Below are positions 1-8,775 of a DNA stretch of 64,000 nucleotides, piece after piece (position 1 is the stretch's first letter; the number at the start of each line of letters is the position of its first letter). Made by a program: the position numbers and the translations under genes. The DNA is from a virus (Duplodnaviria > Caudoviricetes). Under the pieces are notes generated by a model. It was not told the origin of the DNA. It was given only the letters and a program-made list of their open reading frames with translations, and did no database searches. The stretch covers positions 18,871 through 82,870 of IMG/VR virus record IMGVR_UViG_3300031760_000028. One strand, 5' to 3'.

Positions 1-69
1 TATTTTATAAAAAAATATTATATAATAAATATATAAAGAAATAAATGATAAATAAAGAGGTGATTATAT

Positions 70-240
70 ATGACAATTAAAGAGCAAGTTATTAATGACT
101 TAATTAGAGAAATAAGGGTTTTATTAATCGAAGACGAAAAGATCCCAGTCCCTTCAGCTAAAAAAATAAATGATGATCTAACAATAATTTTAAAGTTACT
201 TGAACAAGGAGATGAACCTAATGGCTCAACATATGGTTAA
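70..240 (+). CDS. Hypothetical protein, 56 aa (below the ORF-track cutoff)
   Basis: Manual translation gives MTIKEQVINDLIREIRVLLIEDEKIPVPSAKK...STYG*. GAGGTGA RBS upstream; overlaps the start of the next gene. Confidence 0.7.
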   Translation: MTIKEQVINDLIREIRVLLIEDEKIPVPSAKKINDDLTIILKLLEQGDEPNGSTYG

Positions 241-754
241 ATGTCTTTATTGCGGAGAGTATTTTAATGCTAAACCGGATGAAGAAAATATAGTTTGGAT
301 AAAACCAAGAGTTAATAGATATGCACATATCAAATGTTGTAAAGAACATGAGCAAAATACTTCTAAAGAAGAGAGTGCATTTCATGAATTATATGAATAT
401 GTAAAAAAAGAACAAGGTGTAAATTTTAATTTTGTACAGTTTAAAAAGATAGTAAATACCTGGTGTAAAGATTATAATTATACATTTAGTGGCATTTTAA
501 AAAGTCTTTGGTATTTTTATGAGGTTAAAGGTAATTCAAAAGAAAAATTTAGAGCTGGTTCAATAGGTATAGTACCATTTTGTTATACACAAGCATATAA
601 TTATTATTATAATATATATATAGCATCACAACTAGCAGGGAGCGGCGATTATGATACCTCTCTTAAAAGAGAAGTTGAAATAGAGGCTCCGATCGCAAAG
701 ACGCTGCCGCCCAAATTATTCAACTTAGATATGGAGGATGAAGATGAAGAGTAA
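221..754 (+). CDS. Zn-binding replication-module protein, possibly a helicase loader or initiator
   Basis: CLYC...H..CC motif near the N-terminus and an acidic C-terminal tail (DMEDEDEE); overlaps dnaB. ATG 221 has a GGAG RBS and is preferred over the track start at 200. Function is inferred from position only. Confidence 0.5.
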   Translation: MAQHMVKCLYCGEYFNAKPDEENIVWIKPRVNRYAHIKCCKEHEQNTSKEESAFHELYEYVKKEQGVNFNFVQFKKIVNTWCKDYNYTFSGILKSLWYFYEVKGNSKEKFRAGSIGIVPFCYTQAYNYYYNIYIASQLAGSGDYDTSLKREVEIEAPIAKTLPPKLFNLDMEDEDEE

Positions 755-2288
755 CTATATAGATACAAAATCAATTATACAAGTAATAGGAAGTCTTTAT
801 CAAAATCCTTCGTTATTAGATGATACACAATATAAATTTAATGAAGAAGATTTTCCGCAAGAATTTCATAAGATAATGTTTGGTTCAATATATAATCTTC
901 ATGCGCTTGGCGCAAAAGTAATCACAGCTAATACAATAGAAGATTACCTTGAACAGAGAGATAAAAAACTTGCAGTTTATAAATCATATAATGGCGCAGA
1001 ATGGTTACAAAATTGTGTTGAAACTGTTTCTGTTGCTACTTTTGATTATTACTTCAAGAGAATGAAGAAATTTACATTACTGCGTATGTATGATTCTTGC
1101 GGAGTTGATGTAAAATATATCTATGATGCAAATAATGTTATGGATATAAAAAAGAAGCAACAGCAAGAAGATTGGCTAGATAATCATTCTCTTGAAGAAA
1201 TAGCAGAGTTAATAAATAATAAAATTGAAGATATTAAGTTAAAATTTGCGGATAATGGTTCAGATGATATTTGTCATGCGTCTGAGGGTGCGGACGAGCT
1301 ATTTGAAGAACTTCAGCATACACCAAACGTTGGTTATCCTATGTGCGGTAAGTACATTAATAAGATTTTTAGAGGTGCGCGCTTCGGTTGCTTCTTTTTG
1401 CGTTCAGCGCCTACTAACTGTGGTAAGACAAGATATATGGTTGCAGATGCTTGTAACTTTGCTTGTGGCGAAATATATGATACAGAAAAACAAGAATGGG
1501 TTATTAATGGTACATCTGAACCTACATTGTATATTACGACTGAACAAGCAAGAGACGAAGTTCAAACTATTATGTGGGCTTTTGTGGCAGGGGTAGATGA
1601 GCAGCATATCCTTGAGAACACTTGTACTTTAGAAGAAACAGAACGTATTCAAAAAGCAAAAAAAATTATTGCAGAGAGTCCTCTATTTATAAAGGAGTTA
1701 CCTGACTTCTGTTTACAAGATGTAGAAAATACAATTAAACTTGGCATCCGCAAATATAATACAAGATACGTATGTTTTGATTATATCCATTCAAGTATGA
1801 AGATATTAAGTGAAGTTAGCGGACGCGCAAATGTAAAAGGATTAAGAGAAGATAACGTTCTTTTTATGGTGAGTGTAAGATTAAAAGATATAGCAAAGCA
1901 GTATGGTGTTTTTATTCTGTCGTCAACACAGTTAAATGGTGATTATGTAGATGCTAAAACGCCTGACCAAAATTTATTACGTGGTGCTAAGGCTATTGCA
2001 GATAAAGTTGATGCTGGTATGATTATTCTTCCGGTTACAGAGGCAGATAGAGAATCACTTAAAGCATTTTGTTCAAAGAATGGATTTGAAATACCAACAT
2101 ATAAAATATCAGTCTATAAGAATAGACGAGGTAGATACAACCACCTTTTCTTATGGTGCAAACCTGATTTAGGAACTTGTAGATTTAATATTATATTCCT
2201 TACTTCATATTTCTATGAACCTATTGAGATAGAAGATTTAATAATAAATATAAAACCTAAAACAGAGAAATGGGAGAGTGCATTTTAA
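738..2288 (+). CDS. dnaB: DnaB-like replicative helicase (SF4)
   Basis: Walker A variant RSAPTNCGKT, Walker B CFDYIH, LSSTQLN, GAKAIADKVD and KNRRG arginine-finger motifs. Confidence 0.9.
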   Translation: MKMKSNYIDTKSIIQVIGSLYQNPSLLDDTQYKFNEEDFPQEFHKIMFGSIYNLHALGAKVITANTIEDYLEQRDKKLAVYKSYNGAEWLQNCVETVSVATFDYYFKRMKKFTLLRMYDSCGVDVKYIYDANNVMDIKKKQQQEDWLDNHSLEEIAELINNKIEDIKLKFADNGSDDICHASEGADELFEELQHTPNVGYPMCGKYINKIFRGARFGCFFLRSAPTNCGKTRYMVADACNFACGEIYDTEKQEWVINGTSEPTLYITTEQARDEVQTIMWAFVAGVDEQHILENTCTLEETERIQKAKKIIAESPLFIKELPDFCLQDVENTIKLGIRKYNTRYVCFDYIHSSMKILSEVSGRANVKGLREDNVLFMVSVRLKDIAKQYGVFILSSTQLNGDYVDAKTPDQNLLRGAKAIADKVDAGMIILPVTEADRESLKAFCSKNGFEIPTYKISVYKNRRGRYNHLFLWCKPDLGTCRFNIIFLTSYFYEPIEIEDLIINIKPKTEKWESAF

Positions 2289-2623
2289 TGAATATAATAT
2301 TAATATTAGCAATTATATTTGGATTTATTTTATTGCCAATCGGAATATTTATTCTGTTTACAGATGATGAAAAAAAAGCAATGCTTGGTTGTATTTTAGG
2401 AATAATAGGTATTTTATTAATACTCTTTAGTATTACAGGCATATCAATTAAATCAATGCGAGAAAAGCATACTGTTGTCATTACAACAGAAGCTGGAGAA
2501 GATATATACACAGATTGCAGAGTAATAGTTACAGAACGAAATCGTTCCACAAAAATAGTTATTGCAACAAATGATGAAGAACAGATAGTTTATCTTAATC
2601 CTATTAAATATGAGGTAAAATAA
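2288..2623 (+). CDS. Small membrane protein
   Basis: Two hydrophobic N-terminal segments. ATG 2288 overlaps the dnaB stop (TAATG) and its stop overlaps the primase start, suggesting translational coupling. Confidence 0.65.
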   Translation: MNIILILAIIFGFILLPIGIFILFTDDEKKAMLGCILGIIGILLILFSITGISIKSMREKHTVVITTEAGEDIYTDCRVIVTERNRSTKIVIATNDEEQIVYLNPIKYEVK

Positions 2624-3735
2624 TGTCAATTTCTTTTGATAAAGATGAAATAAAGAACTCTTTAACCACAGAACAAATTGAGCAGTTTCTTGCGGAACAT
2701 GGCGGCGATCCAATTAAAAGAATGGGGTATCTAGTATCAAGAACTATTTGTCACAACCCGCCAACCGCAGATGCGTCCCATAAATTATACTACTATGAGA
2801 ATACAAAATTATTTAAGTGTTATACAGAATGTGCTGACACTACTGGATTTGATATATTTGATTTAACGCGTAAAATGATGAAGATTCAATCGGGTGTTGA
2901 ATGGACATTATATGATGCTCAAATTTATATAATAAATTATTTCGGACTTGATGTTGAGAGCGATTTTCAGAATAATACGGATAAAATATCGGATTTTTCA
3001 ATTTTTGACAAATATAAAACGAATTTAATCGTTGACGCACAACAAAAAATCATCGAAATGAAAATTTTCCGTCCAGACATTTTACAACACTTGCCTTATC
3101 GCCCTATTCAGCCGTGGCTTAATGAAGGTATAACCGAAGAAGTTATGAAAGATAGGAGCATCTGTTTCGATCCTTATAATTGGGGTGTAGTAATACCACA
3201 TTTTAATATTGATAATGATTTAATTGGGATTAGGGAGCGGACGCTGGTTAAGGAAAATGAAGCGCGTGGTAAGTATATGCCTGCTATCATAAATGGACAA
3301 ATGTATAACCATCCATTAGGTTTTAATCTTTATAATATAAACAAAAGTAAAGATAATATAAAGCAATTAAAAATTGCTATTATTGGTGAAGGTGAGAAGT
3401 TCTGTTTAGGATATGCTTCATATTTTGGAATGAACAATGATATTACTGTTGCTACTTGCGGAAGTAATTTAACAACACATCAGTTTCAAATGCTTGCGGC
3501 GCTTGGAGTTGAAGAAATTGTTATTGCTTTTGATAAACAGTTTCAAAAGCCTGGTGATGCAGAGTGGAAACGATGGACTAAGAAGCTCACATCAATCCAT
3601 AATAAATTTGGAAAATATATTAAAATAAGTTTTATGTTTGATACAGAAAATAAACTAGATTATAAAGCCAGTCCTATTGATAGTGGCAAGAAAATGTTCC
3701 TTGAAATGTTTGAGCATAGAATTACACTAGATTGA
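2623..3735 (+). CDS. dnaG: DnaG-type DNA primase
   Basis: N-terminal Zn-binding CHN...FKCYTEC; Toprim motifs IGEGEK and IVIAFD; follows the helicase. Confidence 0.85.
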   Translation: MSISFDKDEIKNSLTTEQIEQFLAEHGGDPIKRMGYLVSRTICHNPPTADASHKLYYYENTKLFKCYTECADTTGFDIFDLTRKMMKIQSGVEWTLYDAQIYIINYFGLDVESDFQNNTDKISDFSIFDKYKTNLIVDAQQKIIEMKIFRPDILQHLPYRPIQPWLNEGITEEVMKDRSICFDPYNWGVVIPHFNIDNDLIGIRERTLVKENEARGKYMPAIINGQMYNHPLGFNLYNINKSKDNIKQLKIAIIGEGEKFCLGYASYFGMNNDITVATCGSNLTTHQFQMLAALGVEEIVIAFDKQFQKPGDAEWKRWTKKLTSIHNKFGKYIKISFMFDTENKLDYKASPIDSGKKMFLEMFEHRITLD

Positions 3736-3760
3736 TTTTTTAAAAAAAATATGATATAAT
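3732..3760 (+). promoter_or_regulatory. sigmaA-type promoter
   Basis: TTGATT-17-TATAAT with extended -10 TG. Confidence 0.75.
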
Positions 3761-3795
3761 AATATTAAATAAAAAAATAAGAGAGGTATGAAAAA

Positions 3796-4188
3796 ATGAA
3801 TACTTATATGGACATTGATGATTTTGACAGAATTATGGATAAGCTCTTTCCTCCATCAGAATTTAAGCCTGGCGACATAAAAACTGTTACTACTGACACT
3901 AGAGGACACATAGTTATTAAAAGAGGAGAGGGGTCTGCAATAAAAGTCGCAGACACGAGTGACCAAATAAAGAGATATAAAATTAACAATTTCCGTCATC
4001 TAATTAAAGATGTTATTTTCAACGATCCCGCAGTAATTATAAAGTGGATTGATGGCACAAAGACAGTAGTGAAGTGCCAGAAGGGTGACAAGTTTGACCC
4101 TGAGAAGGGATTTGCGCTTGCAATAGTAAAGCATCTTATGGGAGACATCGGCTATTATAACACCATCTTTAAGGATTGGATTGATTAA
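3796..4188 (+). CDS. Phage hypothetical protein
   Basis: 130-aa ORF with GAGG RBS; C-terminal VIFNDPAVIIKWIDGTKTVVKC segment of a type common in phage proteins. Confidence 0.7.
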   Translation: MNTYMDIDDFDRIMDKLFPPSEFKPGDIKTVTTDTRGHIVIKRGEGSAIKVADTSDQIKRYKINNFRHLIKDVIFNDPAVIIKWIDGTKTVVKCQKGDKFDPEKGFALAIVKHLMGDIGYYNTIFKDWID

Positions 4189-5957
4189 TGAAATATAAAT
4201 TAATAGCACCTGTGACCTATAATAACACTTGTGCGCAGGTGCTTTTAAATAGGGGTATTACACAAGATAATTTTAATAAATATATTTACGCATCTTTAAA
4301 TGATATTCATTCACCATTAGATTTTGGTGAAGATAACATGAAAGAAGCTGTGAAGATGGTGACGCAGCACGTAAAAAACAATGACAAGACAATTATTATT
4401 GTAGACCCCGATGTAGATGGTAATACATCTTCCGCGCTTTTATTAAATTATTTATATGACCTTTTTCCTGAATGGACAAAAACTATTAAAATATACTTTC
4501 ACGATGGAAAGCAACATGGTTTAAATGATTGTGTTGATTATATACTTGATAATGAATATAAATTTGTATTATGTCCAGATGGCGGAAGTAATGACCGATT
4601 TGAATGTGCAACATTGCAAAAGTATGATATTGATGTATTAATACTTGACCACCATGATTTAGATACTAAAAATCCTTATGCAGTTATTATCAATAATCAA
4701 GAGGGTTATAGTAATTATCCAAATAAAGCCTTAAGCGGTGTTGGAGTAGTATGGCAATTTTGTAGATATATTGATAGTATTATGGGAACGAACCATGCTA
4801 TGCAATATCTTGATCTTGTTGCAATCGGAAACTGCGCAGACATGATGGATATTCGTTCAATAGAAACAAGAGCGGTAATAATTGAAGGATTAAAACAATT
4901 ACGTAATCCATTTATCTTTTATATGGCGCAAAAAAACGCTTTTAAACTCGGTGATAAAATAACACCAACGGGCGCGGCATTTTATATAGTACCGCTACTT
5001 AATGCTATACAACGTAGTGGTACATTAGAAGAAAAACAGCTTGTATTTAAAAGTATGGTAAAGTATTATGCGTTTGAAAAGATCCCATCAACTAAACGAG
5101 GGCACCAACTTGGAGAAATGGAAACAGTAGTTGAACAAGCAGTTAGAACTTGTACCAATGTAAAAAATAGACAGACAAGAATTCAAGATGCTGCGGTTGC
5201 CGCATCAGAAAAACAAATTGAAGAATATAATTTATTAGATAGCTGTAAAGTTCTTATTCTTTTGTTAGATGAAAAAAGTGATGTACCTGCGGAAGTGCGC
5301 GGTTTAATTGCTAATAAATTTATGGCAAAATATCAACGACCTTGCTGTATACTAACAGAACATAAAGAAGAGGATGGAGAGGTATCATTTGCGGGTAGCG
5401 CCCGCGGATGTTCACTTGCTGGAGTAGATGACTTTAAGCAATTATGTCTAGATTCAGAGTGCATTGAATATGCAGTGGGTCATCCTAATGCCTTTGGTTT
5501 GAAGATACATAAAAAAGACCTCCAGAACTTTATTAATTATATGAATGACATATTAAAAGATATGCCGAACGAACCTATTTATTATGTAGACTATGCTTTT
5601 AAAGGACAACAAGTTGATGGTAATGTAATATTAGATATAGCAAACATGGAATCATTTTGGGGAACACAATTAGATGAACCTTATATAGCTGTTGAAGGTT
5701 TAAAAGTTACTCCTGATATGATTAATATATATAAAAAGAAAACTAATACAATAAAGATTAGTTTAAATAATGGAGTAAGCATTATGAAGTTTAATGCTGA
5801 CCAAGAATTATGTGATAAATTAACTAAAAACAATACTGGCTATATGGAAATGGATATTGTAGGAAAATGTAATGCCAATAATTATATGGGTACTATAACT
5901 CCACAAATTTTCATTGAAGATTATAATATTATTGACAGTTCTAAATATTATTTCTAA
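4188..5957 (+). CDS. recJ: RecJ-like DHH-family ssDNA exonuclease
   Basis: DPDVDG, CPDGG, ILDHH, GNCADMM, GSARG and GHPNAFG motifs (DHH plus DHHA1 domains). Confidence 0.9.
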   Translation: MKYKLIAPVTYNNTCAQVLLNRGITQDNFNKYIYASLNDIHSPLDFGEDNMKEAVKMVTQHVKNNDKTIIIVDPDVDGNTSSALLLNYLYDLFPEWTKTIKIYFHDGKQHGLNDCVDYILDNEYKFVLCPDGGSNDRFECATLQKYDIDVLILDHHDLDTKNPYAVIINNQEGYSNYPNKALSGVGVVWQFCRYIDSIMGTNHAMQYLDLVAIGNCADMMDIRSIETRAVIIEGLKQLRNPFIFYMAQKNAFKLGDKITPTGAAFYIVPLLNAIQRSGTLEEKQLVFKSMVKYYAFEKIPSTKRGHQLGEMETVVEQAVRTCTNVKNRQTRIQDAAVAASEKQIEEYNLLDSCKVLILLLDEKSDVPAEVRGLIANKFMAKYQRPCCILTEHKEEDGEVSFAGSARGCSLAGVDDFKQLCLDSECIEYAVGHPNAFGLKIHKKDLQNFINYMNDILKDMPNEPIYYVDYAFKGQQVDGNVILDIANMESFWGTQLDEPYIAVEGLKVTPDMINIYKKKTNTIKISLNNGVSIMKFNADQELCDKLTKNNTGYMEMDIVGKCNANNYMGTITPQIFIEDYNIIDSSKYYF

Positions 5958-5967
5958 GGAGTGAAAT

Positions 5968-6492
5968 ATGGCAATAAATATTGGATATTTACAAAGTAGA
6001 ACTGATAAAGCTTCAGATGAGACTTTTACTCCTGAGGAAGCTGTTTTACCAATAATAAAATATATAGATAAAAGTAAAGTAGTATGGTGTCCTTTCGATA
6101 TAAAAGGACAAAGTAAATATGTAGAAATTTTTGAAAAAAATAATATTAAAGTAATAGCGAGCCATATTGATACTGGACAGAACTTCTTTGAATATGAGCC
6201 AGACGAACATTATGATTATATCATTTCAAATCCGCCGTTTAGTATTAAAGACATGGTATTAAAACGACTTACTGAATTAAATAAACCCTTTGCTATGCTA
6301 TTGCCGTTACCAACGTTACAAGGTCAAAAAAGGTTTGAATATTTAAAAAATTGTGAAGCATTAATATTTGATAAACGTATTAACTATTATAGAGATAAAG
6401 ATATGAAAGAAATTCAAAAAGGTGTTGCTTTTGCAAGTATATATATCTGTAAAGGTATATTACCTGAGAAATTAATTTTTGAACAATTATAA
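5968..6492 (+). CDS. Orphan amino-(N6-adenine) DNA methyltransferase
   Basis: SNPPFS catalytic motif IV, DETFTP and VWCPFD SAM-binding segments; no partner restriction gene adjacent. Confidence 0.7.
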   Translation: MAINIGYLQSRTDKASDETFTPEEAVLPIIKYIDKSKVVWCPFDIKGQSKYVEIFEKNNIKVIASHIDTGQNFFEYEPDEHYDYIISNPPFSIKDMVLKRLTELNKPFAMLLPLPTLQGQKRFEYLKNCEALIFDKRINYYRDKDMKEIQKGVAFASIYICKGILPEKLIFEQL

Positions 6493-6580
6493 TATTACTT
6501 TAGGATGTCGGAGCGGGAACGGCTGCAAATCTGAATTTAAAACAGGTTTTCAACTTTTTTCGCCCGATTTTTTGTTCTTA

Positions 6581-6609
6581 TTGATTTTCTTTAAAAAATA
6601 TAATATAAT
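6581..6609 (+). promoter_or_regulatory. sigmaA-type promoter
   Basis: TTGATT-17-TATAAT upstream of the helicase gene. Confidence 0.7.
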
Positions 6610-6643
6610 ATTTATAGAAAAAAAGAAATAGGAGATTTTACAA

Positions 6644-7834
6644 ATGGAGCTTACAAAGAAGCAAGAGGAAGGATTAAAATTAGTTATTCATAGATTTTTA
6701 GAGCATGAGAAATATAGTGTAATAGCTGGTTTTGCAGGTAGCGGTAAGAGCACTCTAATAAGATTTATGATTGAAGCGTTATCTGCATATGGGATAGAAG
6801 AAGCAACGGATGTGTGCTTTTGTGCTTACACCGGGAAAGCTGCACAGGTGCTTATTGATAAAGGTAATAAAAATGCTATTACCGCACATAAATTATTATA
6901 TCAAGCTTTCCCTAAGCCTGATGGGACTTTTATGTTTAGACCGAAAACCGAACTTGAATACAAAGTAATTATTGTTGATGAGTGTAGTATGCTACCAAAA
7001 AAAATGACAGAAAGACTACTTGCTTATCCAAATATATATGTAGTATTTTGTGGAGATCCAGGTCAGTTACCGCCAATTAACAAGGACGATGACAATCATC
7101 TACTCGACCATCCGCATATTTTCCTTGACGAGATTATGCGTCAGGCAGCTGATAGTGGAATCATTCAGCTTAGTATGAAAGTTAGACATGGTGAAGGAAT
7201 AGATGGTTTTAAAACTAATGATGCTATTGTATTACCAAAAACAGAATTAAATACAGGTATGCTTGAATGGGCAGATATAATTTTGTGTGCTACAAATGCA
7301 ACAAGAATAAACATTAATAATGAAATGCGTAGACTACTTGGTCATGAAGGTGAAATATGCGACGGAGACAAGGTTATTAATTTAAATAACTCATGGGAAA
7401 CATTTTCAGAAAATGGTAATGCTCTTACCAATGGCGTAATTGGATATTTTTATAATCCTTTTGAATCATATGTGCGCACTCCATCATTTGCAAAAATACC
7501 TTTTAATGAAATAAAAACATATATTGGTCATTTCGTAACAGAAACGAATGATGATTTTGGAACTTTATCTATTGATAAAAAAATGATTGACAAAGGTGAA
7601 TTTAGTTTAACATCTAAGCAAAAGTTTTTATTAGGTAGAAATCAAAAGTACGCAAGTCTTATACCATATCAATTTACTTTTGCTTATGCAATTACAACAC
7701 ATAAAGCTCAAGGTTCAAGTTGGAAAAATGTCCTTGTTATAGAAGAGAAGTTTCCATATCAGTCAGAGGAGCATAAAAAATGGTTATATACCGCAATCAC
7801 TCGTGCAGAAGAGAAAGTTGTTGTAGTGAGGTGA
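6644..7834 (+). CDS. Dda/RecD2-like SF1B 5'-3' helicase
   Basis: GFAGSGKS, AYTGKAA, IVDECSM, GDPGQLPP and YAITTHKAQGS...YTAITRA motifs. Confidence 0.9.
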   Translation: MELTKKQEEGLKLVIHRFLEHEKYSVIAGFAGSGKSTLIRFMIEALSAYGIEEATDVCFCAYTGKAAQVLIDKGNKNAITAHKLLYQAFPKPDGTFMFRPKTELEYKVIIVDECSMLPKKMTERLLAYPNIYVVFCGDPGQLPPINKDDDNHLLDHPHIFLDEIMRQAADSGIIQLSMKVRHGEGIDGFKTNDAIVLPKTELNTGMLEWADIILCATNATRININNEMRRLLGHEGEICDGDKVINLNNSWETFSENGNALTNGVIGYFYNPFESYVRTPSFAKIPFNEIKTYIGHFVTETNDDFGTLSIDKKMIDKGEFSLTSKQKFLLGRNQKYASLIPYQFTFAYAITTHKAQGSSWKNVLVIEEKFPYQSEEHKKWLYTAITRAEEKVVVVR

Positions 7835-7837
7835 GAT

Positions 7838-8074
7838 ATGAAAAAAGTAATTAATTATATTATTGCGGGTAAAGAAACCGAATATTATACTTTAATATCA
7901 AATGACCGATTTATAATTGATGTTATAATAGTAAATCCAGATAACCCTCCTCATAAGTGGGGTTTTAGACGCGCTTCAATTATATATTTTGATGCAGCAT
8001 TAGCAACAAAAAGCAGACAGTTTATTATAGATGAAATTTTAAAACCTGAGTGTGAGAAATTTATTATTACTTAA
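7838..8074 (+). CDS. Hypothetical protein, paralog of 8084-8332
   Basis: Shares YxIAGK.T..Y, DRFxIxVI.xNP, RR..xIxxDA and xKP with the next ORF. Confidence 0.7.
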   Translation: MKKVINYIIAGKETEYYTLISNDRFIIDVIIVNPDNPPHKWGFRRASIIYFDAALATKSRQFIIDEILKPECEKFIIT

Positions 8075-8083
8075 AGGGTAAAC

Positions 8084-8332
8084 ATGAAAAGACATATTTG
8101 GTATGTTATAGCAGGAAAACAAACTATGCATTATGGTATAGATGGAGATAGATTTTTTATTGAAGTCATAACAATTAATCCTCAAGATGAGGGGAGAAAA
8201 TTTCTTTTTCATGGGCGACGTTGCACAACGATATTTTTAGATGCTTCGTTAGAAGCAGCAGATAAAGATTTTGTAAATGAATTTATAAAACCTTGTTGTT
8301 GTGTAGGTGAAAAAGAAATCATTATTATTTAA
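8084..8332 (+). CDS. Hypothetical protein, paralog of 7838-8074
   Basis: Manual alignment with the preceding ORF. Confidence 0.7.
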   Translation: MKRHIWYVIAGKQTMHYGIDGDRFFIEVITINPQDEGRKFLFHGRRCTTIFLDASLEAADKDFVNEFIKPCCCVGEKEIIII

Positions 8333-8461
8333 GGAGTTTAAAATGGATTGGATAAAAGTTATAATTAGCGAAATGCTAAAGGTAACTTCTCATTCTTAAT
8401 CCTGATTGTAGGTATATTACAATTAATTATGATGGTAAAGAATGGAAAGAAGGGTAAAAAG

Positions 8462-8635
8462 ATGACTCCACAAATATATGAAAATTTAGAACAATTAACT
8501 TATAGAGAATTACTTGAAGCTATTAGTAATATAAAAGAAAAAATATATAACCAACACAAGCCTGTGTTTTATTGTCAAGATTGGAATTATTATATCGCAT
8601 TAATGAAAGAGCTGGATAAACGACAAGAAAGTTAA
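8462..8635 (+). CDS. Hypothetical protein
   Basis: The likely start is ATG 8462 (MTPQIYENL...), in frame with track ORF 8429-8635. Confidence 0.55.
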   Translation: MTPQIYENLEQLTYRELLEAISNIKEKIYNQHKPVFYCQDWNYYIALMKELDKRQES

Positions 8636-8679
8636 AATTAAGGAAAGTATATTTACATTGGAGTAGAAAGCAGATAAAG

Positions 8680-8708
8680 TTGACATTTAATAAAAAATAT
8701 AATATAAT
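8680..8708 (+). promoter_or_regulatory. sigmaA-type promoter of dnaE
   Basis: Perfect TTGACA-17-TATAAT. Confidence 0.8.
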
Positions 8709-8775
8709 ATTTATATGAATTGAGAATTTCAGAATTATTTAGAACTCATTATGAAAGGAGGGAAGGTAACGACAG

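Noticed and set aside
8343-8456. Small gene MDWIKV... with an off-frame tail ending ITINYDGKEWKEG*
   Set aside because: It has an RBS but stops after 18 codons, and the plausible C-terminus is in another frame. Probably a degraded remnant or indel error; too weak to call.
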